64,000 bases of DNA from Amoebidium appalachense (taxonomy: Eukaryota > Protista > Ichthyosporea): NCBI GenBank assembly GCA_963693365.1, contig CAVNZM010000008.1, positions 8,994,818-9,058,817 on the forward strand, in the 5' to 3' direction. Positions 26,003 through 50,151 of the stretch are shown in pieces. A program made the translations under genes and the position numbers. Below the pieces are notes generated by a model, which ran no database searches, had not been told where the DNA came from, and worked only from the letters and a program-made list of their open reading frames with translations. Position 1 is the first letter of the stretch. The number at the start of each line of letters is the position of its first letter.

Positions 26003-27793
26003 AAGGGGAGGCAATGGAGATAAAGGTTTTTCTTTTCTTTTCTTTTCTTTTCTTTCTTTCTTTCTTTCTTTCTTTTTTTTTTTTTTTTTCGGGTGCTTTG
26101 ATTCTTACTCTTGTCTGTGTGCATATACTTTCGTGTCACTATGTAGTGCACAGTGTTTCTTGTTGTCACTTTGTATTCCATACCTCATGTCATGCACTAA
26201 CCTCCCTCATTCCCCTTCCCACTCGTCCAAACAAACGCCCGCACACATACACATTTCCCCCCTCCCCACCCCTTGAGCCCCCCCCCCCCCCCTCCCCACC
26301 CCAAACACGCAGACACCCACCCACACACTCACGCATACGCACGCACACACACATCCTCCCCCCCCCCCCCCCCCCCCTCCTCACCCCCTTGCAGGAGATG
26401 CTCGGCCTCAGTTCCGACATGTTCGACAACCCCCTCCTCTCGGGCCTAGACCTGACCAGCCTCGAAAACGACGCAAGTCTTGCCCAGCTCTTGGACGAAG
26501 TAGTCAATACTCCGACGCTATCGACCCAACAATTTGAAACCATGGCCACCCCACCCGTCCCCATTAAGAGGGAGCCCCAAATGCTCTCTCGCACGCTCTC
26601 GACGTGTTCGCTTCCAGAGGTGTGTGTTTCCTCCCTCCCTCCCTCATCCCTTATCCCTCCTCCCCCCCCTCTCCCCCCCCCTCCTCCAACCCTCTCTCCC
26701 TTTCCTCCCAAAAAACCTCCCTCCCTCCCTCGCTCCTTCCTCATCCCCATCCATCCCCTCCCCCCTCCCCTCCTCCCCCCCCCCCCCCCCCCCCCCCCCC
26801 ACAAATCCTCTCTCCCTTTCCTCCCAAAAAACCTCCCTCCCTCCCTCGCTCCATCCTCATCCCCATCCCCCCCCCCCCCCCCCCCCCTTCCCCCTCCCCT
26901 CTCCCCCCCCCCCCCCCTCCCCCCTTCCCCTCCGCTTCAAAAAAAGAGCAAAACAAAACCAAAAAAACAAAAAAATGAAGATGTACTCTACAAACTCTTC
27001 TCTTCCTGCATATCAATTCTTTGTTTCCTCCCGCACACCAATGCGATGCTTCCTTTTGTGTACAAAGGCTCCGTTCCTCCTTATACCATTTCTCTGATCC
27101 CCCCCCCCATCTCCCCCACCCCTCTCTCCCCCCTCCCCCTCCCCCTCCCCCCCCCCCCCCCCCCCCCCCCCCCCTCATACCGATGCTCTGTTTCCTTCCA
27201 CATACCAATGCTCTCTTTCTTTCTCCCGCAGCAACTGTTTGGTTCCTTCGACGACATTTCTGGGTTCGTGCACCGGCCCAAGGCCCTTCTAGCCCAGGCA
27301 AGACCAAGGACACCATACCAGAGAGATGTGGAAATGACCCCTGGGACACCCTCTCCTGGTACGTGAAGCTTCTATGTTTACTGTTTTTATTGCTCGCATT
27401 GGACTGTAGTAAAGTGGTGTGTGTTGAAGCGAGTCAGTGTGGTTGGGTGTGCATGCATGGCTTTTTGTGCCCTTGAACTTGTTTGTGTGCCTACTCTGAT
27501 ACTGTAGTTTTAGGTGGGAAAGGGTAGACAGTAAAAGCCAGAATAGTTAGGGTGCGTAGGTGCAAAGAGGGGAAATGGTTTCATTTTGCTTCTTTTGCAC
27601 GTTTGGGATTCTTTAGCTGGCTTAACCTCATTCTAAACTTCCCCCTCCCTCCCCCCCCCCCCCCCCCCCCCCCCCCCCCATCCCCACAGCGATGGCACGT
27701 AAGAAGCTTTCTGGAATGTCTTCGGCTGGTCTTCCTATGATGTCCGACAACAACTACGGTTACACAAAGATGGACTATAGTATGGGGTTCTAG
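20341..27793 (+). CDS. LHX: LIM-homeobox transcription factor (LIM-LIM-homeodomain + low-complexity C-terminus); 13 exons
   Basis: Phase-consistent GT-AG exons: 20341-20368, 20834-20913, 21599-21751, 22130-22318, 22976-23152, 23589-23659, 24059-24106, 24550-24703, 25121-25237, 25705-25911, 26395-26619, 27232-27358, 27690-27793. LIM1 [24 protein letters not shown]2 [21 protein letters not shown], homeodomain [20 protein letters not shown]|VWFQNKRA. Exon 1 and exons 7-13 rest on phase and splice signals only. The symbol is family-level. Confidence 0.9.
26690..26868. repeat. Intronic tandem duplication of a ~60-bp C-rich unit
   Basis: cctctctccctttcctcccaaaaaacctccctccctccctcgctcc.tcctcatccccatcc occurs twice, about 117 bp apart. 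Confidence 0.75.
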
Positions 27794-29351
27794 CCGTAAT
27801 TTGGGGGTTTCTTACTCCTGTTAATCCCGATATATTACTGACGTGGAGGTGGAGATTTTTCCGTGAAGAATGTGCCAGTAATCGTGAGAATAGGTTACGT
27901 TGAGTCACGAGAACGGCCTGCTCTCGGTGTAACCTTAAAACATTATTGTATACCGCGCTGAATGTGACGATCAATCGGATCGCCCGCAACAATATTCTGA
28001 CCAAACAAGGCTTGATGGTTGATCGAATTCTACGATACGAAAAATCGATCTACAAATACATGTTTGCTTTGCCTCCTGCCCTTGAAAAGACCGTGGTGTG
28101 CATTTTGCGTGGCGCATAAACACAACCCGGGTATTTCGTCGGATCAGTCGAAAATTCGTGAAAATTTTATTCCAACGGTTTTGGTAGCAGCCGGCTACAA
28201 TTTACAATCGATGATGTCGCCCTAGGCTGACCTGGCCAAACCATATATTAACTTCTTGAAAATAACAGATAACCAGCCTGGTAACAAAAGCCTATAATTA
28301 TTTCGAGTGTTTGAAAACTGGTGCTTGCATTTTTTGCGTTTGTCTAGACCTTATGCCTTTCCCCTCCCTGTTTTCTTGAGGTGAATAAAGGGGCATGCAC
28401 TTTTAGTAGTGGTTCATGGTGTTGGCTAATAATTTGTACTAATGAACGGTGTGAAATGGGTGTGCGGTTAAAGGGTTTGTTTTAGCTTAATTCCTTTTTA
28501 TATTTTGTTTATTTGACTATGATTTGTTTATTTCAATTCGATTTTTATTTTTTTTCATTGTTTTTTGTGGGGACTCGGGGAGAGGGGGAGGAGAGGGGGG
28601 GGGGGGGGTTTTCTAAAATTGTATGATTTTACGGCATGGATAAATATGTAAGTCGTAGCCAAATTGCTAAAGATGTAAGTGTTGCTTAATTTGCTTAATT
28701 TAGTGGATGGATGCAAATACGTGTATCCTGATAAAAAAAAAAATAAAAAAAAATAGATGATTCTGCTAACCTTGCCTAATAATTTGGACAACGCCTGAAA
28801 AGCCTTGGTTTTTCTCTAGTTGAAATTGAGGAAACAGATGATAAAGTATTGGTAGGTTGAGTATGGGTGCATGTTATGCTATGGATAAATATCATGCCAA
28901 ACTTTTGGTTTTATACCAGTGCAGTATCGGATTTTGTGCGCATAATCTGGACCTAGATCTTGGATTTCAGGAATTTAATTGGTATGCGTGGTGGCGGGCG
29001 GGTACATAAGGGGTGTGGTGGTAATCAACAATCCACCCACCAACAATTGCTGATTGATAAAAACCTATACCTGTAGCTTAGAATAGAAGATCGAATTTGG
29101 AGTTCTGTGAACTATGCGAGACACATAATGGCACATGCATTTTTGTTGCAGTATTGCCTGGTGCTAACGTAAACTCAATTAAAGCAAACACTGGCACAAA
29201 TTTTCGGCATGCCTTGCAGCATGCATAGGAATCGTGTTTCCAGGTTTGGTCCCCCCCCCCACCCCCCCTTTTTTCCTGTCTTTGTGCTGGTGCTGGTGGT
29301 GGTTGTGGTGGTGGTGGTCGTGCGTGTGTGTGTACGTGTGCGCGCGTGTGT

Positions 29352-29382
<31 letters not shown>

Positions 29383-30623
29383 GGAGGGGAGGGGGAGGGG
29401 GAGGGGGGGGGGGGGGGGGAGAGGGGGGGGAGGAGTAAAGAGGGTACTGTAGTTTGATCAGACCGGTCGACCCCGAATAACGCCGTGGCCTCCCAAGACA
29501 AACCAAATCACCCTCCTTTACTGTCCTTCTCCCCCCCCCCCCCCCCCCCCCCCCTCCCCCCCTTCACACACATTTACACACACCGAAAAAGAAGAGCACA
29601 CACACACACAAACACACAACATCATTTACACTCACACCACCCCAACCATTTCGGCAGTTACCATATACATATCGGATAAACCGGAAGGGCGTCCCGCAAG
29701 GGGGGGGGGGGGGGGGGGGGGGGTGGACATATTGTCAGTTTACCGATTCCATGGTGTGTTTTACACACACTAATCGACACTGTCTGTGTAACGGTGTTTG
29801 TGTTTTTGTGTGAACCTGTTGTGTGTCAAACCTGATTTACATCAGATCGTGTCCCAGTCGACACATGCATGCACACACACACATGTGCACTTATGACACA
29901 CGGACACACACACTGTACGCACGCATGCACACACACACACAGACACACACACACGCACGCATAAACATATTTATGGTGCCCTTGCACATTGAAAGGTAAC
30001 AAAATTTTAAGAAAACCAGGCAGGCACCCATCATTTAGTATCAATTCACTTATAGCATTGAGTTTATTAGCATGGTCAAGCAAGTATCACACACCGTGTT
30101 ATAGATTGCTTTATGGATGTACTACCAAATAGAGAAAGAGGAGCCTAAGTCCACTCTCTTCGGTAATCTTTTTTTTTCAGCGTGGCTCTGTCAAACCCTA
30201 GATTATAAATTGCGCTAGAAGAGTATATCTACACTGCGAAAAATCAATATGGATATACGAATAGATATATTTAACTCTAGATAGGCGCTGGTATGCTTCC
30301 TCAGGGGAGAAACAGGTATGAAATACATACATACATGGAATGCATTTCTACTGTCGGTTGTTTCAGCAAAGATAAACCCTACTATATTTCTTCGGGGGTT
30401 ACGCTAAGTGTGACTCTGTTCTTAAGCTACCTCAACTCTTACACTATTCCTTCACACGCAAACAAGAACCGATTACCATATATAGAAATATGCAAATCCC
30501 CCCTTAACTCCATCACACCACTGAAACCCACTCACGCAATGTATTCTGTATGTACAAAACACCATGGCAAACATTGGGCGGGCGGGCATGGCAGTATGGG
30601 TGGTTGAATGGTCGTCATAGCGC

Positions 30624-42457
<11,834 letters not shown>

Positions 42458-43015
42458 GTTTGCTTGTGAGACCAAACCGTACTACGAACGACCTGCCTTT
42501 CGATTTGAATCAACTCAAATATCGAATGTTCAGAGACAACCTGCTGCTGTGACTTCCGCAACTAGAACTATGAAGCACACGGTCAGACTGTTCGCTTAAA
42601 CCCGCCCCCTAAAATTGCAAAGATGAAATTCACCCCTCTAACCCTACACCTTCTCTCGTTTGAAGTGTCGAAAACTTGGCGCGGCTGGCCTTTCTTCCCT
42701 TTCGGTGATGTGTGCGCGAAATCAGCTTACGAAAGTGGTGCCGCTTCTACCAATAATATTGTTTTTGAGTGTTTGATTGGTTGTTGCTCGGGAAACCTTA
42801 TCTTTCGTCATCTTGATTTTCATGAGATAGCGCCTGCCCAGCGCTTGCCTTTGCAGCACCAGAGCTCGGAAAATTTTCCTTGTTTCTGTTACAAAAAAAC
42901 CTCTTGCTGAGGTCTCTAATATAATATATGTATACCAGGACACGGCTTCTTGATGGACAACTGAAACAGCGCTTGCCTTTTAGGGTCAAGATGGCACCTT
43001 GGTCACAGTGCATCC

Positions 43016-43054
<39 letters not shown>

Positions 43055-43267
43055 ACACACACACATACACAGAGAGAGAGACACACCTCACACACGCTCA
43101 AACGCACACGCGCGCACACACAAACACGCACACGCACACGCGCACAAGCACGCAAAGGCACAAACACACGCACACACACATATACTCACTCACGCGCTCA
43201 CTCACTCACGCGCGCACACGCACACACCGTGCGCACGCGCACACACACGCACACACAGACACACACA

Positions 43268-43344
<77 letters not shown>

Positions 43345-44110
43345 AACCACACACACGCACACAATCACACACACACATACATACACAAATACACGCACAC
43401 CTATCTCCTGCCTGCCAGCTTACCCTCTCATTTTCCCCTCTCTTCCCTTTCCTTCACCAGGTTCCCCATTGACATCGCATGTGCTCACACCGCCTACTCA
43501 GACTTAAGTGCCAGACCGACTCGGAGTGAGCCTCTTTTCTTTCCTATCTCAGATCCCAAGACACCTCAAAACAACCACCCACTTTTTGCTTCTCAATGAC
43601 TTGGCCATGATCCACATGACCATCGTGACTTGCTACTCTGACACCATTATGTGTACATGAGAACAAAACTACACTATGTGCTACATATGCAGGCTTGTCT
43701 GGCGACAATTCTGCTGACCAGTCGGCAGAGCGTTTGATTTGAGCCACCAAATAAGTTGATTCATGTCCATGCATCGGAGTCCTACCGAGCTGGAGAAAGG
43801 GCACATGACGAAAGCAACAACACTTGTTCTCGAGTTCAGTACTGTACATGGGGCCCCTTTTTCGTTAAGACTGCATGACAAGTGGTTCAAATGAAACCTT
43901 CTGCATGTGTGCTGGTGAAATGTAGCTGACTGGGGACCAGAGGGAATGAGTCCAACTCGTTGGTCCGTGAGGCCCAGGGTTAGGAAGGGCCGCGGGGCCC
44001 CGGAGGGGGGGGGGGAGGGGGGGGGGGGGGGGGGGGGGGGGAGGGGGGTCCCTAGTTTCGGGGGAGGGGGGGGGGGGGGAAGGGGGAGAGGGGAGGGGGG
44101 GGGGGGGGGG

Positions 44111-44375
44111 GGGTTCAAGCAAAGCCTAAGGGAAGCTAAAGGGAAACGTAGTGGATGGCCGGGATGGGCGCCGGCCAGGGAGGCTTAATAGCTTGGTAAG
44201 GTCGAGTGTTAGAGAGAGGGGCAAGGCCGAGGAGAGAGAGGGGGGGGGGGGGGAGGAGGGGGTTCAAGCAGAGCAAAGCTAAAAGGAAAAGTAGTGAGTG
44301 GGGGATGGGCCAGGGATACTCAATAGTTGAGTAAGACCGAGTGTGTGAGAGAGGGGTAAGACAGAGGAGAGAAGG
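44111..44375. repeat. Diverged tandem duplication (~150-bp period) bounded by G-runs
   Basis: gggttcaagca...aagctaaa.ggaaa.gtagtg...gggatggg..ccaggga...aatag.t..gtaag..cgagtgt..gagagagggg.aag occurs twice. Confidence 0.8.
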
Positions 44376-44501
44376 GGGGAAGGGCGGGGGGGAGGGGGGG
44401 GGAGATCTAGAGAGAGGGAGGAAAGACAATTACGGGAGGAAGGGAACTTCGGGGGGATGAGAGACAGAGGGAGGGGGGAAGGCGAGAGATTGTGGGCGCT
44501 A

Positions 44502-44535
<34 letters not shown>

Positions 44536-44592
44536 GGCTCATGTTAAGTTATTGAATTAGTTGACCATGAATAGGGTGTACTCGGACCAGAC

Positions 44593-45004
44593 GAGGGCCC
44601 AACCAGAATCGGCAGAGTCAACTTGCAAAAAGCAGAAATTTGCAGAATTATTCTGCAAAAAGCAAAATTATCCTGCAAAAGCAGAATAATTTGAAAAAAG
44701 CAGAAATATTCTGCGAAAGCAGAATCATCCTGAAAGAAGCAGACTTATTCTGCTTCGAGCAGAATCACTCTACTTTTAGCAGAACTATTCTGCTCAAAAA
44801 AGAATTATTCCAGCAGAATTATTCTGCTGTTTGCAGAATGATTCTTCTATTAATTCTGCTTTCAACAGCAGAATAATCTGCTTTTTAGCAGAATAAGTTC
44901 TGCTGTTTGCGGAAAAATAATCCTGCTGTTTGCAGAATAATTCTGCCTTTTGCAGAATGATTCTGCTCGGAGCAAGTTGACTAAGCCGATGTGGTTGGGA
45001 CCTC
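44593..45004. mobile_element. 412-bp non-autonomous TIR element (Sola-like) filled with a palindromic ~20-bp minisatellite
   Basis: TIRs gagggcccaaccagaatcggcagagtcaacttgc (44593-44626) and gcaagttgactaagccgatgtggttgggacctc (44972-45004). 4-bp direct repeat agac on both flanks, GAG...CTC termini. The interior is about 17-18 units of GCAGAATNATTCTGC. Confidence 0.8.
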
Positions 45005-45879
45005 AGACGGTGCACGTGTTTGTCGATGCATATGCGGCCTGCAGCTGCTTGTCAGTGTTTCACAAATCATTTGGGCGCCTGTACTTGTGGTTGCCATAGC
45101 TTGTGGAGGCAGACGACACATTCAAGTATATAACTTACCATGATGCATCGATATCATGGTAAATGATGTACAGTCACGTGACCGGACTATACAGGCCCTG
45201 TCAAGTTCGAGAGTGCTCGTGATAACGTCATTGCTTGACAGTGTATATCAGATGTTCGTTTTGAAAGACGAACGAATACGAACTCCTCGTTATTGGGGCA
45301 CGGCTGGCTGTCTTATTTAGTGCATAACCGTGATAATGTCAATAACAATGGTGAACGTCGAAAAGCCTTCTTATTACGTAACAATTGGAACGGGAGATAA
45401 AGGGAATGGAGGAAAAGCGATGACCCCGTGTTAGAAAAAAAAACTGAACCTTAGCTGTTGATGTGTTTGTGCGGGCGAGGTGGCACTACAGTTACCTTTG
45501 CCACAATTTACGTAACAAGCTTGCACAAAGCCGGTTGACGTCACTCGGTGATCAGATCATGAATGAACCTTTCACGGCCTGTCAATTGAGTAAGCAGGTA
45601 AAGAGTAGTGCTACGTAGCAGTAGAGTTACCTACACCCTGTGAGGGATACAAAAAGACACGTTGTGGTGAATGTATGGCACAAAATTTCCCTTTCCGAAC
45701 CTACTATAGCCTTTGCGATTCACTTTGCTTAGACATTTTCTCTGCATGCATGCACAGAAGCTTTAAATTTGTTTATCTATTCACATTTCGGATTTTTCAC
45801 ACACTTGGTGGTAACAGAGCTAGCCCCATAGAAATAAAGGTGTACGTACACAATACAGGGAAAGCAGAGACAGAGGAAA

Positions 45880-46306
45880 ATGGAGGAATCAACCACGGGA
45901 AACGAAGTTGCACGGAACACTGAACGCTACGTGGTGATCCGCTTCCCTGCCTACCCAAACGAGCAACGAATCCTTTCCCGTACAGAGCTCGAGGACATGC
46001 CATCTTCCGCCGTTCCCCGGCTGGGCTTGCATTTTGACGAGTTCGTCCGCCGCACTCAAAGCGCACAGGCACAGGCACAGGCAATAGACGTCACGTGCAC
46101 ACCTACCGTTGGCCCCCATCCAGTCATCATCAACCTACCCGTCTGGGCTTCTCCCAAACACTTTGACTACCTTCTAGCCATACCACACCTCTTCCTTCCC
46201 GCTGCTGAGATAAAGTCAGTGTCCATGCTCGCGGATTTCTGTGGCCTTAACGAAAGCTACCGATTCCAGGGTCTGCCTAAGGCCGAGTCTGTTCAACGTG
46301 TGGCCT

Positions 46307-46308
<2 letters not shown>
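45880..46308 (+). CDS. Hypothetical protein, possibly a divergent BTB/POZ-like domain (may be first exon only)
   Basis: 142-aa ATG-initiated ORF of normal complexity. The pattern YVVIRF..ILSRTEL..SS..F..VIINLP..SPKHFDYLL..VSMLADFCGL resembles BTB/SKP1 folds by eye. Possible GT donor near 46298. Confidence 0.45.
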
Positions 46309-46374
<66 letters not shown>

Positions 46375-46429
46375 CTCCCTCTCTTTTTTCGGGTATACTT
46401 TTTTTTTCTTTTTTTTTGGTGGTGGCGGT

Positions 46430-46466
<37 letters not shown>

Positions 46467-47213
46467 GAACCTGACCCATCTTCAAGTACAACTGGGGGGA
46501 GAGGGGGGGGGGGGGGGGGGGGGGGGCGGGTTTGCTAAATTTGGAGGTAGCTCTTATTTTTCAAGGCCGACAAAACTTCCTCTCTGCAGCTGTGGTGACT
46601 GAAATGTGCCAACTCATTTTTTTTAATTATGAAAGAATTGTTCATACTGCGGCTGAGGCCACAGTCGCACGTGGCATGGGGGGGGGGGGGGGGGGGGGGG
46701 GGGGGGAGGGGGAGCACTAGGGAGGGGGGGCAGGTCGACGTCGGCAGGGGGGACCCATCTATGAGAAACTTATTGAAGACTAAATATTGGGGGAGAGGGG
46801 TGGGGGGGGGGGAGGGGGGAGAGATGGAGAGAGAGAGAAATAGGAGCAATTTGTTAGGTTAACGGAGCTTTTTCAACGACATTTACTGGTTTCCTTTTAG
46901 AGGCTAATCTCCTATTTCCTCGTTTTCGTGGTCGACCAAGTCAATAAATGTTATTTGGTCCAACGTATCACGCCAACTTTACGATTGCGGTCTATCCTTG
47001 CCCCCACCACCCCTCACTTCTTCAGTGATTTAAATACTGTACCTCATCCTTTGCCCTTTTAGATTTTCTTTAGAACCGACGACACAAGTCAAATGCACAT
47101 GAGCAAACACTCAAGAGTCGAAAAAGGGTCTCAGGTGCCTTTAAAATATTTGGAGGGTGTTTGGATGCGGGTGTGTCACACAGTGCAGGCTGTGTCACTG
47201 TGACAGTGCGTGC

Positions 47214-47302
<89 letters not shown>

Positions 47303-47420
47303 GGTGGGGGAGGGGGCTAATAGTATGTTCGCCGGATCATGACTTTTGGTCTCTCAGGGCATGCATCTATAGCTACCTCGAGCTCTGTGCTTTTTTTACT
47401 TGTGTGTAGTTGTTGGCAGC

Positions 47421-47543
47421 TAATAATACCGTAACACCCTAGCTAGAGTACTGTCGGTGCTGGGTGGAAGACGGTAGTTCCCCCCTGAGGGCCCAAGGGG
47501 TCCCTCCGGGAACAAAACGGGGTAAAATAAAAAAAATAAAAAA
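47421..47543 (+). mobile_element. 123-bp retroposed LINE 3' tail (extreme 5' truncation or SINE-like)
   Basis: Matches the reverse complement of about 3190-3300 and ends in taaaataaaaaaaataaaaaa. Flanked by tagttgttggcagc (47407-47420) and tagttgttggctgc (47544-47557), a 13/14 TSD. Confidence 0.85.
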
Positions 47544-47786
47544 TAGTTGTTGGCTGCCCAATCCCTGTGCATGCTTTTGCTTTCAGAACGTTCTGGACCA
47601 ATCCCCCCCCCCCCCCCCAAAGCTAGTCAGCTGCTGTGTCATGCAGCCCCCCCCCCACCTGCACCCCCCCCCCCCCCCTCCCCCAATAATAATAATAATA
47701 ATATTAATAATAATAATAATAAATGAACAAAAATCATTAGTAAATAAATAAATAATAAAAAATCAAAAAATAAACCCTCCCCTCCC

Positions 47787-47817
<31 letters not shown>

Positions 47818-48110
47818 AAAAAAAAAAAAAAAACACACCCGCACACGCGTGTTGGGGGTTGGAGGGGGGTGGGGGGAGGGGGTGTACACGCGTATGTGTT
47901 TGGGGGGGCCGGGGGAGGAGGGGGGGGGGAGGGGGATGAGGCTGGGGGGAGGGGGAGGAGAAGGAGGAGAAGGGGCAAGAGAGAGGGAGGGGCGGGAACT
48001 CGAGGGGCAACGATTCGCCCTGATCATGGTTGCAATTGGCTGCCCAATCCCTGCGTTCACTTCTAGGACGTCCTGGGCCGACACTCCCCCCTCGCCCCCA
48101 AGCCAGCCAG

Positions 48111-48189
<79 letters not shown>

Positions 48190-48759
48190 CCACCCACCCC
48201 CCCCCCTCCTCTCCATAAAAAAAAAAAAAAAAAAAAAAACGCATATCAAAAATAAACCCTCAAATCCTACCCCCCAAAATTGCCCCTGTCTGGGGGGGCC
48301 GGCGCCACCAAATTATTCACAGGGACACACACCATCAAAGTTCACATACGAAAACAACTCCACGCCCACACACACTGCACCAACACACGCCCTTTTTTTG
48401 ACAACCACATGGTGCCGGTAGTCTCAGGTTATGCTTAATGCACTCTTTCCGAGTTGTCTTGTTTTCTGGATCACTATGCATCATAGTCTTGATGACGTCA
48501 ACCCGAAATGCCATTGGCTTATCACCGCGCCAAATGCCCAAGGGCCTCTTGCAGGTGCTGGTGTTTCTGTGTTCAAGTTCATGCAAAGGCTAACTGTGCA
48601 AAGGCTAATTGTGCATCTCTCAGAGAAAGCCTGATTTCTGCCAGGCGCTGCCGAGAGATCACGGCATCTGTGGACGACCGGGCGCTAAAACACGTGATCA
48701 TCTATCTCCACGGATACCATTGACCGGAGACCATTTTGAGTTCAACAGATATACCAGCC

Positions 48760-49802
48760 ATGGCAAACTCTTGGCGCCTCACTTTATTGCTCGTAGGGGC
48801 CTCGACTGCTGTGGTTCTCTTATTTGTAAGCTTCAGGAAGAAACGGTAGTCATCCCCTCCTCCCCTCCCCCCTTTTTGCCTCCTTCCAGCTTTGGTCCCC
48901 TCTCTTTCTCCCTGCCTCCCCCTCCACGGCTCTGCCGGCGTCTCTCTCCCTCCCCTCCCCCGTCCTCTTTTTGCGTGATCCGCCTGCCCAGTCGCCACAC
49001 GCCTCTCTTTTTCATGGCCAGACCTGGTCCAATCCCCACCCCCCTCCTTCCGCCAGCTCCCAGTAATCACAGCCGGTAACAACCAGTAAAAGATCTGATC
49101 CCTCTCCCAGTGGCATGCGAGTCTGACATAGTTAAATGGAGAAAGCTTTTACGTGGGGCTTTAAGGGCGTCGCCTGAGAAATGCATGGCGCTCATGAATG
49201 CTGGTAGGAACATTAAACGGATGCTGGTTCGAAATCCATTTTCTTTTGTTTCCGTCCGCGTTCCCACAGAGTCCACCGAGCTCGAGATCGAGCACATGCT
49301 GCTACGGATCTTATCGGCAACACACCTATGATAGAGCTTCGTCAGCTGTCTGCTCAAACAGGCTGCCGAATTCTGGTTTGCCGCCCCTCCCCCCCCCCCC
49401 CCCTTACCTCCCCCCTTACCTCCCCACCCCCACCCCTCCCCTGCCACTAAGTCTTCTCTCTCTCTCTCTCTCTCTCCCCCTCCCTCCCCCCCCCCCCCCC
49501 TCCCCACCTCTCCTCCCCTTCCTCCCTCTCCCTCCCTCCCCTCCCTCCCTTTCCCTCCCTTTCTCTCATCCACAATCCTCCCCCCCCCCCCCCCCTTCTC
49601 TCTCTCTCCCCGGCTTCCTCTCCCTCTCTCCCTCCCTCCCTCCCTCCCTCCCTCCTTCTCGCTCTCTCTCTCTCCCTCTCTCTCTCTCTATCTCTCGCTC
49701 TCTCACTCACTCTCACTCACTCAATCTCTCTCACACACTCTCTCCCCCCCCCCCCCCCCCTCTCCCCCCCCCCCCCTCTGCCCCTCCACCCTCCCCTCCC
49801 AC

Positions 49803-49835
<33 letters not shown>

Positions 49836-50105
49836 TCCCCCTCGCGCCACCTTGTATCCTGTATATTTTATTTTTATACTTTGGGAACATCTCGCCTACA
49901 CTCACACACATACACAAGGTTGTTAGATGGGCATGCACGGGACTGTGGTGGTGGGGAGTGGAGGGGTCCATAGAGGTGCACGGACAAACATTGATTCTGT
50001 CATTCTTCAATTGTTCCTTCCTTCAATATACCCTCCCTGACCTCCCCCCCCTCTCACTCGTCTCGTACCACCATCCTTCCCAGTCCCTCCACACATCTTC
50101 GTTAG

Positions 50106-50151
<46 letters not shown>

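Noticed and set aside
25771-27366. 531-aa single ORF
   Set aside because: It is three real LHX exons read through stop-free low-complexity introns.
43460-43960. Possible CpG-decayed pseudogene (plus frame with three TGA stops)
   Set aside because: No recognisable motif; cannot be distinguished from non-coding sequence by eye.
44630-44970. CRISPR-like array of palindromic repeats
   Set aside because: Linkers are only about 5 bp and not unique spacers, there are no cas genes, the context is eukaryotic, and TIRs with a TSD enclose the array.
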